64,000 bases of DNA from a virus (IMGVR_UViG_3300022602_000004:1537-65536), one strand, 5' to 3'; shown: positions 19,020 to 29,374, counted from the first letter of the stretch. The notes: a model not told the origin generated them from the sequence alone. Made by a program: numbers and translations.

Positions 19020-20569
19020 TTTGGTATGTATTTATCTGCCTTAACTGCGGGTGCTTGTTTCTTTTTACCCGTTCTATCCATTCTAACTTTATCCATCATT
19101 GTATGTAATTTTTGAGCACCAGCGTCAGTAGAACCATTCCCAAGATGAGAGACGACATCCGCAGGGACAACAAACTCACCATCAGCCAAACGGGCAGGTT
19201 GTCTATCACCGATAGTAGCAGGGATGTTATCAGACATACCATCGCCAGGACCTTTAAGTAAACGGGGATTTCCACCACTTGCATAGCCTCCTAAGCTGTA
19301 ACCCATGATGCCACCTTGCGCAGCGCCTTGTATTTGTTGTTGCTGTTGTGCCATAGCCGCACGAACCATAGCTGGGTCTGTATTAACAGTACCGTAATTC
19401 ATAGTAGGTTGAACAATACCTCTACCAGCAGAAGTGGGCATACCAGCTCCTGCCATAGCTTGGGCAGTTCTATAATTGGCGGCTTCATAAGGCATCATAC
19501 CTTTAGTATTTGCATCTACTAATTGATTATCTGCTGGTATGGTTGGATTAGTTATCCAAGAAGGATCTTGCGAACTTGGCGCGTTTGAACCGGTCATCAT
19601 ATTTTCATACTGGCTCATCATAGCGCTTTCATCTTGAACGTCTTTTACATCTCTATAATTACTGTTTTTATAACTTGCTATACCGCCTGACGCCATGCCA
19701 GGACCTTGATACGGAGTATTTACATAATTTGGATATGTAGGCTGAACAGGGTTTTGTGTTACCGGCATACGACCGGGTTGAAACGTACTTGGGTTTAAAT
19801 TGTAATGCCCAGTATTCATAGTGTTGCTAGCGCCGGGAGTACTATATGTAGTTGGACGCCCTAAACCAAGTTGCTTTGCGCCAAAATACAAACCAAGCCC
19901 CGTAACAATTGGGTGGTCACCCATCCAGTTCAAAGCAGAGTTAAAACCGCTGCCTAATGAATCAATACCCGATGGAGATTGCGGTGCAAAAGCATTTAAT
20001 GGTCCAGTATTAGCGGCTCCTGGGTTTAAACCTTGACCAGAATATGGGGTTCCAGTTGGTGTAGAGCTATATGCCGGAGCGTTTAATACTTGGTCAGCAG
20101 TGGGTGTAGGGGTAGCGGAAGGATTAAATTCACCGGGTAAAGGATTGTTTGGGATAGTTTGACCACTATTAAGAGCATTTTGCCAAGCTGTGTAATCAGG
20201 GTTTACACCTACATCAGATACAACTCCTGGAGCATTTGCTACTTGATTAATACCAACTTGAGGACCGCCAGTTAATTCCGCAGAGGGTCCAGCAACAGCC
20301 TCTGGAGTAGCAGCGACAGCAGGGGCAGCTCCACTAACGGTTTCAGCAGCAATTTCGGGGGCAGCAGAACTAACAACTCCAGGCATAGCAGCACCGGCAT
20401 ATGTCTCAGCCGCCCCAGCCATAAGAGAAGCATCAAGAATTTCTGGGGCTGCTAATAAACCAGCATCAAGAGTAAATCCAGCGCCAGCAGTCAACGCTAA
20501 GCCAGCATCGGTGGCTACAAATGCGCCTTCGGCGGCTGCGCCAGCTACTGCTACATCTACCATTGCCAT
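19016..20569 (-). CDS. Internal virion protein with C-terminal GPGDGMSD..IPA..LADGEFV motif
   Basis: YASGG...GPGDGMSDNIPA...ARLADGEFVVPA resembles the motif at tape-measure C-termini; low-complexity body. Confidence 0.7.
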   Translation of the reverse strand: MAMVDVAVAGAAAEGAFVATDAGLALTAGAGFTLDAGLLAAPEILDASLMAGAAETYAGAAMPGVVSSAAPEIAAETVSGAAPAVAATPEAVAGPSAELTGGPQVGINQVANAPGVVSDVGVNPDYTAWQNALNSGQTIPNNPLPGEFNPSATPTPTADQVLNAPAYSSTPTGTPYSGQGLNPGAANTGPLNAFAPQSPSGIDSLGSGFNSALNWMGDHPIVTGLGLYFGAKQLGLGRPTTYSTPGASNTMNTGHYNLNPSTFQPGRMPVTQNPVQPTYPNYVNTPYQGPGMASGGIASYKNSNYRDVKDVQDESAMMSQYENMMTGSNAPSSQDPSWITNPTIPADNQLVDANTKGMMPYEAANYRTAQAMAGAGMPTSAGRGIVQPTMNYGTVNTDPAMVRAAMAQQQQQIQGAAQGGIMGYSLGGYASGGNPRLLKGPGDGMSDNIPATIGDRQPARLADGEFVVPADVVSHLGNGSTDAGAQKLHTMMDKVRMDRTGKKKQAPAVKADKYIPK

Positions 20570-20570
20570 A

Positions 20571-20963
20571 TTAACTTCCTTCTAATAGGGGATTATCTAC
20601 AAACATATCTTCTAGTTTTTCTATATCAGTTTCATCTGTTGCAAAAACATTTTGAAAAACTACAGTTTCAATTATGTAAGCTATCTTTCTACCCGGTTTT
20701 CCTACAAAAGTCATAGGAGCAACAAGCTCCACAACCTCCCCATCCTGCTTAAGCAACTTCATACGCCCTTGAAGCATGATGCACAAATGTTCTGTTTTAT
20801 GCGGCTTCCCCACTATAATGGAACCAGCTGGCATAGTTATTTCTTTTACATATAAGCCTGGCGCAAAATGATGTTTTTCAATACACTCAACTTGCGGCGC
20901 TGTTCGTAACGCTGGCAATATAGCTTCAATTTTACTAAAAGTTGCATGAATTAGCTCATTCAT
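20571..20963 (-). CDS. Cupin-fold protein
   Basis: HHFAPGLYVKEITMPAG...GKPHKTEH. Confidence 0.7.
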   Translation of the reverse strand: MNELIHATFSKIEAILPALRTAPQVECIEKHHFAPGLYVKEITMPAGSIIVGKPHKTEHLCIMLQGRMKLLKQDGEVVELVAPMTFVGKPGRKIAYIIETVVFQNVFATDETDIEKLEDMFVDNPLLEGS

Positions 20964-21256
20964 ACTGCACTTCCGCTAGAATTTACCCATTTTTTACCGT
21001 TCCACCATATAGGATAACCTAGAGTTGTATCAAAGTAAAACTGCCCAATTTGTTGGTTTGCCGTTGGTCTATTAACCGTTGTACCATTATCGGGCGTTGC
21101 CGTAGCCTGAGAAAAGTTATTTAGCTGGTTAAAGTACAGCCGTAGCACATTAAGGATTTGGTTCTCAAACTGCGGGGTATAGTTTTCTGGCGCTGAAACG
21201 GGCAAGTTTGGCGGTGCTGGATTTAACGCAGTACCATTGTAGAATTTAATAGCCAT
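20960..21256 (-). CDS. Small tail-associated structural protein
   Basis: LRLYFNQL helix plus GTTVNRP..GQFYFDTTLGYPIWWNGKKW fibre-type motif. Confidence 0.6.
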   Translation of the reverse strand: MAIKFYNGTALNPAPPNLPVSAPENYTPQFENQILNVLRLYFNQLNNFSQATATPDNGTTVNRPTANQQIGQFYFDTTLGYPIWWNGKKWVNSSGSAV

Positions 21257-23745
21257 TATCTACGACCATCCATACGAATATCTATACGAGGTGCGCCTAG
21301 CTGCCATGCTACCCCAGTACCGGTAGACTGTAATCTAAATGCCATTTGGCGACCCCGAACACGGGTATAGACCTGCCCAGTAAACTGGTCAACTGTATAT
21401 GCTGGTACATTAGTAGAAAAGTTTTGGCTACTTTGAACCGTGGGGTTATCTGCATTGGTGTTATAAGCCGTACCCGAATTTAACCTAGGCTGGAGCTGGA
21501 TAGTGACCGATGGCTGGTTAGTTGTTGAACTATTAAAGTTTACGTCCGGCAACATTCTCCATACAAACCCAAAGTTATTACCATCCCCAATATCAAAGTC
21601 TGAAGACTGGATATAAGCATTTATAGGTGTGGTTACGCCCTGTACTGAGTTATCGTCATTACCATTCTCATGATAAAGTAATCTGCCGTTGTAATCGGCT
21701 GCAATAGGGTAAGGCTGAGTTCCAGTTTGATACCAAGCAGTTCTTGCCATGCTACCGTAGTACCAGCAATTATCTAAATAGTTATAAACCACATACTTAT
21801 CTACTTTAGTGTCTTGGCTTGAGTTGCTGCAATAGAACCACCATACTTCATTAAAACCTTCATTAGCGCCAGCAAATACTTGGTAGGATTGATTTTGGTT
21901 TAAGTCTTCAAATATGTATTGTTTTAATGAACATGGTAGGGTTTTAACTGTACCGTCATACATATAGAAACGGTCTCGTCCCATCCAGTAAGTAATATTG
22001 TTTACTGTAATCATGCAGTTAGGTGACATGATAGATATGTTGTCCATCAAAATCTGAAAGCCCCAAACATAAGGAGCGCCAATATACTGCATAGAATAAA
22101 TAGCTGAATCAGTCCAAACTAAAATCTCTTGGCGGGTTGCCCGTGCGCCCATAATGTAGGAGCCGTTAGATAACGTATATTCACCGGCTTGATTGGTAAT
22201 AATTGGAATCCATTGATATTGATTAGCTTGGTCAGACCAACGTACTGTCATTGGATTAAATGTAGTATTGGCGTTATTAGGACTATATTGATTAGCGCCA
22301 AAACATATTAAAAACTCTTGAACTTCCGAAGAAATAACTTGGTATGTCTCGGTAGGCACAAATGCCCCTGCGTACGAGAAGTTATATATAGAAGAGCTAG
22401 TTCCAGTAGTTGGAGATGTAATAGGTACCGTTGTTGACCCAGTAATATATGTAGAAGCTACTTGTGTCCCAGCAGAAATATTATTACCCGTAATATACAT
22501 GTAAGGATAAATATACGGAGCGTTGGCGGATGTTACAGTAATAGATGTGGCGCTAGCCGTAAAAGTAGAAGCATCGCTTACCGCAGTTGTAGTATTAGCT
22601 AAACTACTTAAATATATAGAGCGGGTAGATACCCCATTAACATCTTGCCAATAAAATACTGGTCCGCCACGAGGTGCAATAACTAAGTCGGCTCCAAAAT
22701 TATCATTAGACCAAAGACGTAACTGAGAACCAATACCTGATGAATATGCTTGACCCCAACCTTGTGACCCAGATTGTCCATACTCAATAACTCCAGCACC
22801 ACCACCCACCATATTAGCAAGCACGGTCTTTTGAACCACAATCGTATAAGCACTTGCATTTGTTATGCTAGCAATCGTAAAGGTTCCGTTTAAATAGTTA
22901 GAACCCAAAGTATCATAAGTAGCGCCAGAAAGATCATAAGTGCCAGATTTAAAACCGTAAGTACCCGATGTAAAAGAATATGTAGTTGGTGTAGTTGCTA
23001 AACCATTTACATTAGAAAATGCTACATATTGACCAGCCGCAGTAAATCCATGATTAGGTTGCGTAACTGTAACTACGTTGCTACCTGCGTTAATTTGGAA
23101 TGGATTATTAGGGAGTAAAGTAGCGATTGCTGGAGTAATTCCACCCCAAGGCCCTGCGCCCCATCCAGTACCCACAGAATAAACAGTATTACCTGATGGA
23201 TATTCATATTGGGCTGTAACTGTGCCACCGCCTGTAACCGTTGCAGATGCAGTTTGAGCAACAATAATTGTGTACTGAGTGCCTGATAATACAGAGGCAA
23301 CCATATAGTCACCAGAAACTAATACCCCACCGATTGCGGTGGCGCCTGAAAAATTGACATAATCACCCGCTGCTGGGCTATAGGCATTATCGGTTACTGT
23401 AACAATAGATGAACCAGATGCAGTTGTAAAAGGTCCTGTAAGGGTTTCAGTTTTATAAATAGGTGTAATGTCGTTATAGACACCGCCAGAATAGATGTAG
23501 TATTTAGAGCTTGTGCCTACGCCAATATATTGATTACCTACACCAGAATCACCATCAAGCCAGTTCCAAATAGACCGGCAAACACCTTGAAATTGATTAT
23601 TGGATACTTGAACCCAACCACCTATTTTTTCTGGTAGCCCAGAACGAAACCGAATTTTATCCCCGTCATACCAGCCACCCTCGTTAGAGTAGATAGTACC
23701 TTCACGATTTAAGCCCGGTCTAAATTGTAGTTTTTGTAATGGCAT
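21256..23745 (-). CDS. Tail nozzle/stabilization protein (P22 gp10 / tubular B-like) with inserted beta domains
   Basis: KIRFRSGLPEKIGGW start, VRWSDQ, EVWWFY, RVRGRQ...DGRR end. Confidence 0.7.
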   Translation of the reverse strand: MPLQKLQFRPGLNREGTIYSNEGGWYDGDKIRFRSGLPEKIGGWVQVSNNQFQGVCRSIWNWLDGDSGVGNQYIGVGTSSKYYIYSGGVYNDITPIYKTETLTGPFTTASGSSIVTVTDNAYSPAAGDYVNFSGATAIGGVLVSGDYMVASVLSGTQYTIIVAQTASATVTGGGTVTAQYEYPSGNTVYSVGTGWGAGPWGGITPAIATLLPNNPFQINAGSNVVTVTQPNHGFTAAGQYVAFSNVNGLATTPTTYSFTSGTYGFKSGTYDLSGATYDTLGSNYLNGTFTIASITNASAYTIVVQKTVLANMVGGGAGVIEYGQSGSQGWGQAYSSGIGSQLRLWSNDNFGADLVIAPRGGPVFYWQDVNGVSTRSIYLSSLANTTTAVSDASTFTASATSITVTSANAPYIYPYMYITGNNISAGTQVASTYITGSTTVPITSPTTGTSSSIYNFSYAGAFVPTETYQVISSEVQEFLICFGANQYSPNNANTTFNPMTVRWSDQANQYQWIPIITNQAGEYTLSNGSYIMGARATRQEILVWTDSAIYSMQYIGAPYVWGFQILMDNISIMSPNCMITVNNITYWMGRDRFYMYDGTVKTLPCSLKQYIFEDLNQNQSYQVFAGANEGFNEVWWFYCSNSSQDTKVDKYVVYNYLDNCWYYGSMARTAWYQTGTQPYPIAADYNGRLLYHENGNDDNSVQGVTTPINAYIQSSDFDIGDGNNFGFVWRMLPDVNFNSSTTNQPSVTIQLQPRLNSGTAYNTNADNPTVQSSQNFSTNVPAYTVDQFTGQVYTRVRGRQMAFRLQSTGTGVAWQLGAPRIDIRMDGRR

Positions 23746-23751
23746 ACGGGT

Positions 23752-24342
23752 TTACCCTAGTACTTGTTTTGCTTTAGTTATTTTAGCAATTCTGTCTTCC
23801 AGCCCTAATGTACCACCATTAATGCGTCTAGTCATCTGACCGTATTCTTGAGCGTCCGCCAAATCGTTGAGGCCAAGTTTATTCCAGAACCAACCGGCAG
23901 ACAAAACAGCGTAATGAGGCTCAACCAAAAGCTGTGGTTGATTAATAAGGTCAGCGCTAATTGCCGTTCCACAACGCTCATAGTTTTCTCGCCCAGTTAA
24001 TTGAATAACGCCACGTCCATGATATTTCCAGCCATCACCTTCTTCTGTATTTCCCATGCGTCCTGCATATACTTTGTTTGCAATCTTTTCTGGATTGTTT
24101 GCATATTGTTGAGCCACATCTGCACTAGGAAATCTTGAGGGCCATGTACGCATAAGTCCATCGGCAGAGTAATGAAGGTTCTCTTCCAAAGTTCTGAAAT
24201 TGTTTGACTCATGTTGGCACTGTCCTATAAAAGATGCTTGGCGCTGCGTAGTATTAATGTTATACCTAGCAAACATATCTATTAGTGGGGTATACCATGT
24301 TGCTGCGTCAATACCAAGCTGTGTTAGTTGTTCTGGTTTCAT
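23752..24342 (-). CDS. Endolysin, glycoside hydrolase family 19
   Basis: FIGQCQHES, YHGRGVIQLTGRENY, SAGWFW, TRRINGG. Confidence 0.93.
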   Translation of the reverse strand: MKPEQLTQLGIDAATWYTPLIDMFARYNINTTQRQASFIGQCQHESNNFRTLEENLHYSADGLMRTWPSRFPSADVAQQYANNPEKIANKVYAGRMGNTEEGDGWKYHGRGVIQLTGRENYERCGTAISADLINQPQLLVEPHYAVLSAGWFWNKLGLNDLADAQEYGQMTRRINGGTLGLEDRIAKITKAKQVLG

Positions 24343-24554
24343 TCGTCTGAACCTATTTTAATACCTGTAATTAATCCAATAAAGCCACCTACAATAGTTT
24401 GGAAAGCTGGTCCGACTATTTCAAATAACTTGTTGTTGTCTACTTGAGGGTCAAAAAAACCCATCATAAATACGCTGACCATAGACACTACTGTTACACA
24501 TAACGTGAAAGTAGCAATTAAAGTCACCCAAGCGGCTAGCTGTTCTTTATTCAT
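24339..24554 (-). CDS. Two-TM membrane protein (holin-like)
   Basis: Two hydrophobic segments; adjacent to endolysin. Confidence 0.55.
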   Translation of the reverse strand: MNKEQLAAWVTLIATFTLCVTVVSMVSVFMMGFFDPQVDNNKLFEIVGPAFQTIVGGFIGLITGIKIGSDE

Positions 24555-24958
24555 TTGACACTCAACTGTTCATTAATCCACTGCTGGAGTGTTACGGTTT
24601 GGAGGGTTGTGGCTGCGCAATCTGAAGCAAGTTGATTGTAGGCGGCGATTGCATCAGAGAGCTTGGTGGTTGAGGAAATGCCGGACACTGTACTGGCACC
24701 ATTGTTGTTCCGCACCCCGTTAGCATAATACTGGCGCAAAAGACTAAGCTTCGCATCATATTCATCTTGGATTCCTTTAGTAATTAATGCCTGTTGTTTC
24801 TGGACCGACTCCGTATGTGCTTGAGCTTTCTCTGCTTCAATTCGGACTTGATCTTTGTAAATAGTAAAATCCCTATCCCTAGTATGCCAGCCAGCGAAAA
24901 ACACACCACATACAAGTACAATAAGTAAACCAGCTTTGATGTAGGTTCCATATAACAT
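24551..24958 (-). CDS. Rz-like spanin
   Basis: N-terminal TM, coiled coil, C-terminal C...LQQWI. Confidence 0.65.
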   Translation of the reverse strand: MLYGTYIKAGLLIVLVCGVFFAGWHTRDRDFTIYKDQVRIEAEKAQAHTESVQKQQALITKGIQDEYDAKLSLLRQYYANGVRNNNGASTVSGISSTTKLSDAIAAYNQLASDCAATTLQTVTLQQWINEQLSVK

Positions 24959-25185
24959 TACGCCCCCGGTTCTGAGTTCTGTTTCATCATTACACTAGCC
25001 CCACCCGCACCAGATACAATACCTAATGCCGAAGCAAGTTCGGTTAAGCTAATTTGGTGGGACTGCATAACTTCATAAACTGCAATCGCAATAACGGCAA
25101 TAAATCCAATAAACCAAGTCCAGCGCCCTAGATCATGAGTTTGGTTATCTTTGCCAGTAAGAAGTTGTTTAAATATTTCATTCAT
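24958..25185 (-). CDS. Holin-like two-TM protein
   Basis: LLTGKDNQTHDLGRW followed by two TM segments; lysis cluster. Confidence 0.55.
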   Translation of the reverse strand: MNEIFKQLLTGKDNQTHDLGRWTWFIGFIAVIAIAVYEVMQSHQISLTELASALGIVSGAGGASVMMKQNSEPGA

Positions 25186-25761
25186 TTAAAACTCAGTCCA
25201 TCCAGTTATAATATATTTATCATTACTTAGTGGGGGATTACCCCTGTGAGTGTGAGTAAAAGCAGCGGGCCAGATAACTAACGTCCCTTGTTTAGGTTTA
25301 ACTCTTAAATGTTGGTAAAGAAACTCAGTTTCCCCACCTTCTTCTACGTCATTAAGATATACCGTCCAAGTTAACAAACGATTACACATTTCTCTATTGC
25401 AAGATTCATAATGCCACACATGGTAACCTCCACCAATAGGCGTTTTTTGAATTTTAAATGCGTAATTATTGTGATAGCCAGAATCTTCTAAAACACCAAA
25501 ATTAGGTAAATATTGTTCTTTATAAATTGTCCAAAAAATTTCATTAAATTCTTGGTACATTTTTCCCATTCCTGACAAATTAATAATTTCTTCGTCATGA
25601 CCAAATAAAGCATCGTCTTGCTTTATGGTTTTTAATGCGTTTTCAGCTTGCATACGGTTTTTTGTAAACCCATTAGCTTTCATATTTTCAAAATATTTTA
25701 TTGTTCTTTTGCAATATTCTTTTGAAAAAGCATTTTCGTATATACCAATAAACTGCGTCAT
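25186..25761 (-). CDS. 2OG-Fe(II) oxygenase (prolyl-hydroxylase-like)
   Basis: GYHVWHYE, YLNDVEEGGETEF, HTHRG, KYIITGW. Confidence 0.9.
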   Translation of the reverse strand: MTQFIGIYENAFSKEYCKRTIKYFENMKANGFTKNRMQAENALKTIKQDDALFGHDEEIINLSGMGKMYQEFNEIFWTIYKEQYLPNFGVLEDSGYHNNYAFKIQKTPIGGGYHVWHYESCNREMCNRLLTWTVYLNDVEEGGETEFLYQHLRVKPKQGTLVIWPAAFTHTHRGNPPLSNDKYIITGWTEF

Positions 25762-25776
25762 TTAGTTTGCACTCTT

Positions 25777-26043
25777 TTAAAATACATTAATAAATACGGT
25801 ATTATCTTCTAACGCTTCAATTTCATGCCATTCATTAGCAGGTAAATTTAATGGCTGACTATTTTTATCAATACTATAGTTACGACCTTCTAGACTAATT
25901 AAACAACTTCCAGAATTGCACATAGTTACATGAGAAAAATTATGCTCATGCTTAGGTAAACCTTGTCCTTTGTTTGCATGGTAAACATCAATTCTTGTAT
26001 TTCCACAAGTAAATTGATGAGTTATACCAATATTGTTTACCAT
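25777..26043 (-). CDS. Cupin-fold protein
   Basis: LPKHEHNFSH...LPANEWHEIEALED. Confidence 0.75.
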   Translation of the reverse strand: MVNNIGITHQFTCGNTRIDVYHANKGQGLPKHEHNFSHVTMCNSGSCLISLEGRNYSIDKNSQPLNLPANEWHEIEALEDNTVFINVF

Positions 26044-26360
26044 TATGCAGCTACTGTGCCTGTTGTTTTAACTTGCGATTTAGCTGGTGGAACTGGAACA
26101 GGTGGTGTAGATGGTTCTGGTTCATTAGTAGTTAAAACTGCTCCGTTCCATGTAAAACCAATAGCGCCGGCCCCAATAACTTCCGTTAATACCCAAGCCG
26201 TTGGTGCAGTAGGATTATTTGGTTCCCACACCATTGCTGGAGTAGTTGCTTGAACTAACATGGTTGCACCTGCTGGAGGAGTCCAATCTGTTCCCCCATC
26301 CCAATAAACAATATTAGTAACAACATTGTTTTGTATTTGTAAATAATTTTGTTCTGGCAT
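26043..26360 (-). CDS. Tail-fibre-associated (assembly chaperone-like) protein
   Basis: NNVVTNIVYWDG...IGFTWNG; follows a Gly-rich fibre gene. Confidence 0.55.
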   Translation of the reverse strand: MPEQNYLQIQNNVVTNIVYWDGGTDWTPPAGATMLVQATTPAMVWEPNNPTAPTAWVLTEVIGAGAIGFTWNGAVLTTNEPEPSTPPVPVPPAKSQVKTTGTVAA

Positions 26361-26372
26361 TTTATTTTCCTT

Positions 26373-26960
26373 TTACCATTCAACAAGAACAACACCAGAA
26401 TTACCGGGACTTCCGGGAACTCCACCGCCACCATTTGAATTTCCACCAGCGCCTACCGTAACAGAAACTGTTCCTCCGGGTGTTAATCCAGTTACAAAAC
26501 CTGTCCCTATACCTCCGCCACCACCAAAACTACCACCATAATTAGGAGAGCCTCCAGTACCTTTAGAGGGAAGCCCATAAAAAACTCCTAGTGGATATCC
26601 ACCATAAGCCCCACAACCTTGGTTACCGCCAGCTCCATTTATAGCGTACGCTAATGTATTGCCACCACCTGTACCACCGCCTACACCACCACTTGGGCTA
26701 CCACCGCTACCACCAGTACCAGTTACATATGATCCAAAGGAAGAAGTGCCACCACTATTTCCATAGCCGCCATTACTAAATCCAGTGCCGCCGCCGCCGC
26801 CACCAAGAGCCGTAACTTTTACACCAGTAACTCCAGTAGGGACTGTAAATGTTCCAGAAGAATTAAAAAATTGACCGTTTATAAAAGTACCGGGAAAAGC
26901 GGTAGTTTGAGATGTTGCATCATTAAAAGTTATTGAAGTACCAGATTGTGTAATTGACAT
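26373..26960 (-). CDS. Glycine-rich tail fibre/receptor-binding domain protein
   Basis: SSGTFTVPTGVTGVKVTALGGGGGG...GVVLVEW. Confidence 0.75.
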   Translation of the reverse strand: MSITQSGTSITFNDATSQTTAFPGTFINGQFFNSSGTFTVPTGVTGVKVTALGGGGGGTGFSNGGYGNSGGTSSFGSYVTGTGGSGGSPSGGVGGGTGGGNTLAYAINGAGGNQGCGAYGGYPLGVFYGLPSKGTGGSPNYGGSFGGGGGIGTGFVTGLTPGGTVSVTVGAGGNSNGGGGVPGSPGNSGVVLVEW

Positions 26961-26973
26961 GTTTTGCTCCTAA

Positions 26974-27525
26974 TTAAGGTGTAGTACCAGTTTGAGTTGT
27001 AAGTAATACTTTAAAGTTTCCAGATGAGTCTAACGAGGCAACGTTAGTGCCATTGTAATTAAAGTAAAGCTTTGTTCCTGTTGGAGTAATGTTCCAACCA
27101 CCCGTATTAGCAATCGCATTTGCACTTGGTATAGTTGCGCTAGTTATTGTTCCGGTTATATTTGCACCGGGAATAGTTAGGCTTGTTGCTGTTCCATAAA
27201 GGTTTGGTCCAGCTATGTTTAGGCTAGCTGCAGTTCCAGTAATGTTAGTTCCAACTAAAGTAGTGGGCGTACCTAAATTAGGCGCAGTTAAGGTAGGAGT
27301 TGTAATTGTTGGACTTGTTGCTAAAACTGCATACCCAGAACCTGTGGCTGTATTTGTACCTGTACCACCAGAAGCAACTGCTAAAGGCGTAGTTAAAGTT
27401 ACAACTCCGCTGGCAATAGTCATAGCAGTACCAGTGCCGCCTACAAAAGCTAAAGTGCCAGAAGTATCCGAATTAATAACAAGCGAAGTTGCCGTAGTTG
27501 TGCCGGCTGTTAATATAGTTGCCAT
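26974..27525 (-). CDS. Tail fibre protein
   Basis: Thr-rich; LAVASGGTG, ATSPTITTP fibre motifs. Confidence 0.65.
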   Translation of the reverse strand: MATILTAGTTTATSLVINSDTSGTLAFVGGTGTAMTIASGVVTLTTPLAVASGGTGTNTATGSGYAVLATSPTITTPTLTAPNLGTPTTLVGTNITGTAASLNIAGPNLYGTATSLTIPGANITGTITSATIPSANAIANTGGWNITPTGTKLYFNYNGTNVASLDSSGNFKVLLTTQTGTTP

Positions 27526-27526
27526 A

Positions 27527-27745
27527 TTAGGTTCCTGATGTAGAAGCTAGCAAGTAGTACGTTGTGCCACCAATGTTTACGGCAATTTTATTAGTCACAG
27601 TATTGGTAGATGAGCTTGATACCGCAGTAGAAGCTAAAGCGTTGCCCGTTACGTTGGGAAACGTAATAACTGTACTACCAGCCGATGCTGGGGCAGCTAA
27701 AGATAAAGTCCCGCTTGTATCGCCACTTATTGTAAATTGAGCCAT
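27527..27745 (-). CDS. Small fibre subunit
   Basis: GDTSGTLSLAAPASAG...KIAVNIGGTTYYL. Confidence 0.55.
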   Translation of the reverse strand: MAQFTISGDTSGTLSLAAPASAGSTVITFPNVTGNALASTAVSSSSTNTVTNKIAVNIGGTTYYLLASTSGT

Positions 27746-27754
27746 GATTTATTC

Positions 27755-28462
27755 CTATGGTGTTCCGTTTGGAGTTATGGTACTAGCAGAAACTATGGCG
27801 CCTGTAGAGCTTATTGATGCTACTGCAGTACCTTGGTATTTAATAACCAATTTACCACCAGATTCAGAAATTGAAAAATTAGTTGTTGTTAAGGTATTAG
27901 CAGAACCTGCAGTTAAACTTGATGCAGTTCCATTTAATCCTGTTCCGGGTCCGGAAAATTGATTAGACGCCGCAATGGTAGTGCCAGTTAAAGATCCTAC
28001 ATCTGCCAAATTACCAGTAACATTTAAGTTACCATTAATTGTAAAATTTCCTGCAGAACCAGTTTGGGCTGAGTAAAAACCAGTAGATCCATCGCAATAA
28101 ACTTGAGCGGTAGTTCCATTAGGAATAGTAATAACAGATCCAGTAGAAGCGCCAATCGTAATTGCGTTACCGCCAGTAGTGTTGTTAGTGACCACATACA
28201 TTTTAGAAACTAATGGGGCGATAACTTGGTAGGTAGTATTGTTTGTGCCTTGCACAATAAGTACCATGTTGCGGGCTTCATCTGATAACCCATTAAGAGC
28301 GGTTAACGTATAGTTGCTATTACTCATGGTAATAGTACGCACACCAGCTACGGCTTGTTCTATTAAGTCCCAGTTTGTATTGGTAGTAGAACCCCAAATG
28401 CCGGATTGTTCACCATTTCCAATTTTTTGGATTTGTAAGCTAGTTGTATATGAAGATGACAT
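27755..28462 (-). CDS. Tail fibre / fibre adaptor
   Basis: GEQSGIWGSTTNTNWDLIEQA N-terminus; C-terminal domain similar to that of 26974-27525. Confidence 0.65.
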   Translation of the reverse strand: MSSSYTTSLQIQKIGNGEQSGIWGSTTNTNWDLIEQAVAGVRTITMSNSNYTLTALNGLSDEARNMVLIVQGTNNTTYQVIAPLVSKMYVVTNNTTGGNAITIGASTGSVITIPNGTTAQVYCDGSTGFYSAQTGSAGNFTINGNLNVTGNLADVGSLTGTTIAASNQFSGPGTGLNGTASSLTAGSANTLTTTNFSISESGGKLVIKYQGTAVASISSTGAIVSASTITPNGTP

Positions 28463-28471
28463 ATCTATCCC

Positions 28472-29374
28472 TTATTGCTGCGTATTATTAATTACTACCC
28501 AGTTGGGGGTTTGTGCATCCCCAATATTAGACCAAGTTACGGATCCAGTATTATTAATGGCGTTCCACGTAATTGTCTGATTATCGTTGATTTTAAACCA
28601 TCCTGTATTAAATAGGGAGTCTAAAAGGCTAAAGTTTTCTGTAATAGACTCTAGGAAAGCCGACTGGGTAGCGTTAGAATCGGCTAAATTAAGGTTTTCG
28701 GTAATTGCTTCTAGGAATCCAGCGGCCGCAGTATTGGCATCAGCTACGCTAAGGTTTTCTACGATAGACAAGAAAAACACGGAAACAATGGTTTCTAAGT
28801 CCGCCAGCGTTAAGTTTTCCATTCTAGAGGCAGCAAACTGGGCGGTTATAGTTTCAAAGTCAGCCAAGGTAAATGCCTCGGAAACCGATTGGGCAAACTG
28901 AGCAGTTATAGTTCTAGAGTCCGCCATAGTAAACGGCTCTGTAATAGACTGCCCAAAAGCAAACTGGTTTGTGTTGGAATCGGCAAAAATAGCGTCTTGG
29001 GTAATGCTTTCTAATGCAGCAAAATAAGTAGATGGGGTATCAGTTAGGCTAAAGTTTTCGGTATCGGATACGGCAAATGCGGCAGTTATAGCCTCAGAAT
29101 CTGCAAGGTTTACATTTTCCGTAATGGATTCTAAAAAGGCTTTCGTAGCGGTATTGGAATCGGCTAAAGTAAATCCTTCTGAAATAGTCTCAATAAACAA
29201 CCCTGCTTGCGAATTATTGTCCGTTATCGTAAAAGGCTCATTAATAGATTGTAAAAGCGCTGCAGTTACCGAGTTAGAATCGGCTAAACTAAAGTTTTCT
29301 GTAAGCGAGAATACATAAGCATTACCACCTAATGCGGCAAACGGGGCTTGGGCAAAGGCAGTTATTCCAAACAC
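28472..29374 (-). CDS. Structural protein with eleven tandem 20-aa repeats
   Basis: Repeat E-x-[FL]-x-[LI]-[AT]-D-S...S-I-T with exact period 20; MFG...FAQAPFA start; W-rich tail. Confidence 0.75.
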   Translation of the reverse strand: MFGITAFAQAPFAALGGNAYVFSLTENFSLADSNSVTAALLQSINEPFTITDNNSQAGLFIETISEGFTLADSNTATKAFLESITENVNLADSEAITAAFAVSDTENFSLTDTPSTYFAALESITQDAIFADSNTNQFAFGQSITEPFTMADSRTITAQFAQSVSEAFTLADFETITAQFAASRMENLTLADLETIVSVFFLSIVENLSVADANTAAAGFLEAITENLNLADSNATQSAFLESITENFSLLDSLFNTGWFKINDNQTITWNAINNTGSVTWSNIGDAQTPNWVVINNTQQ

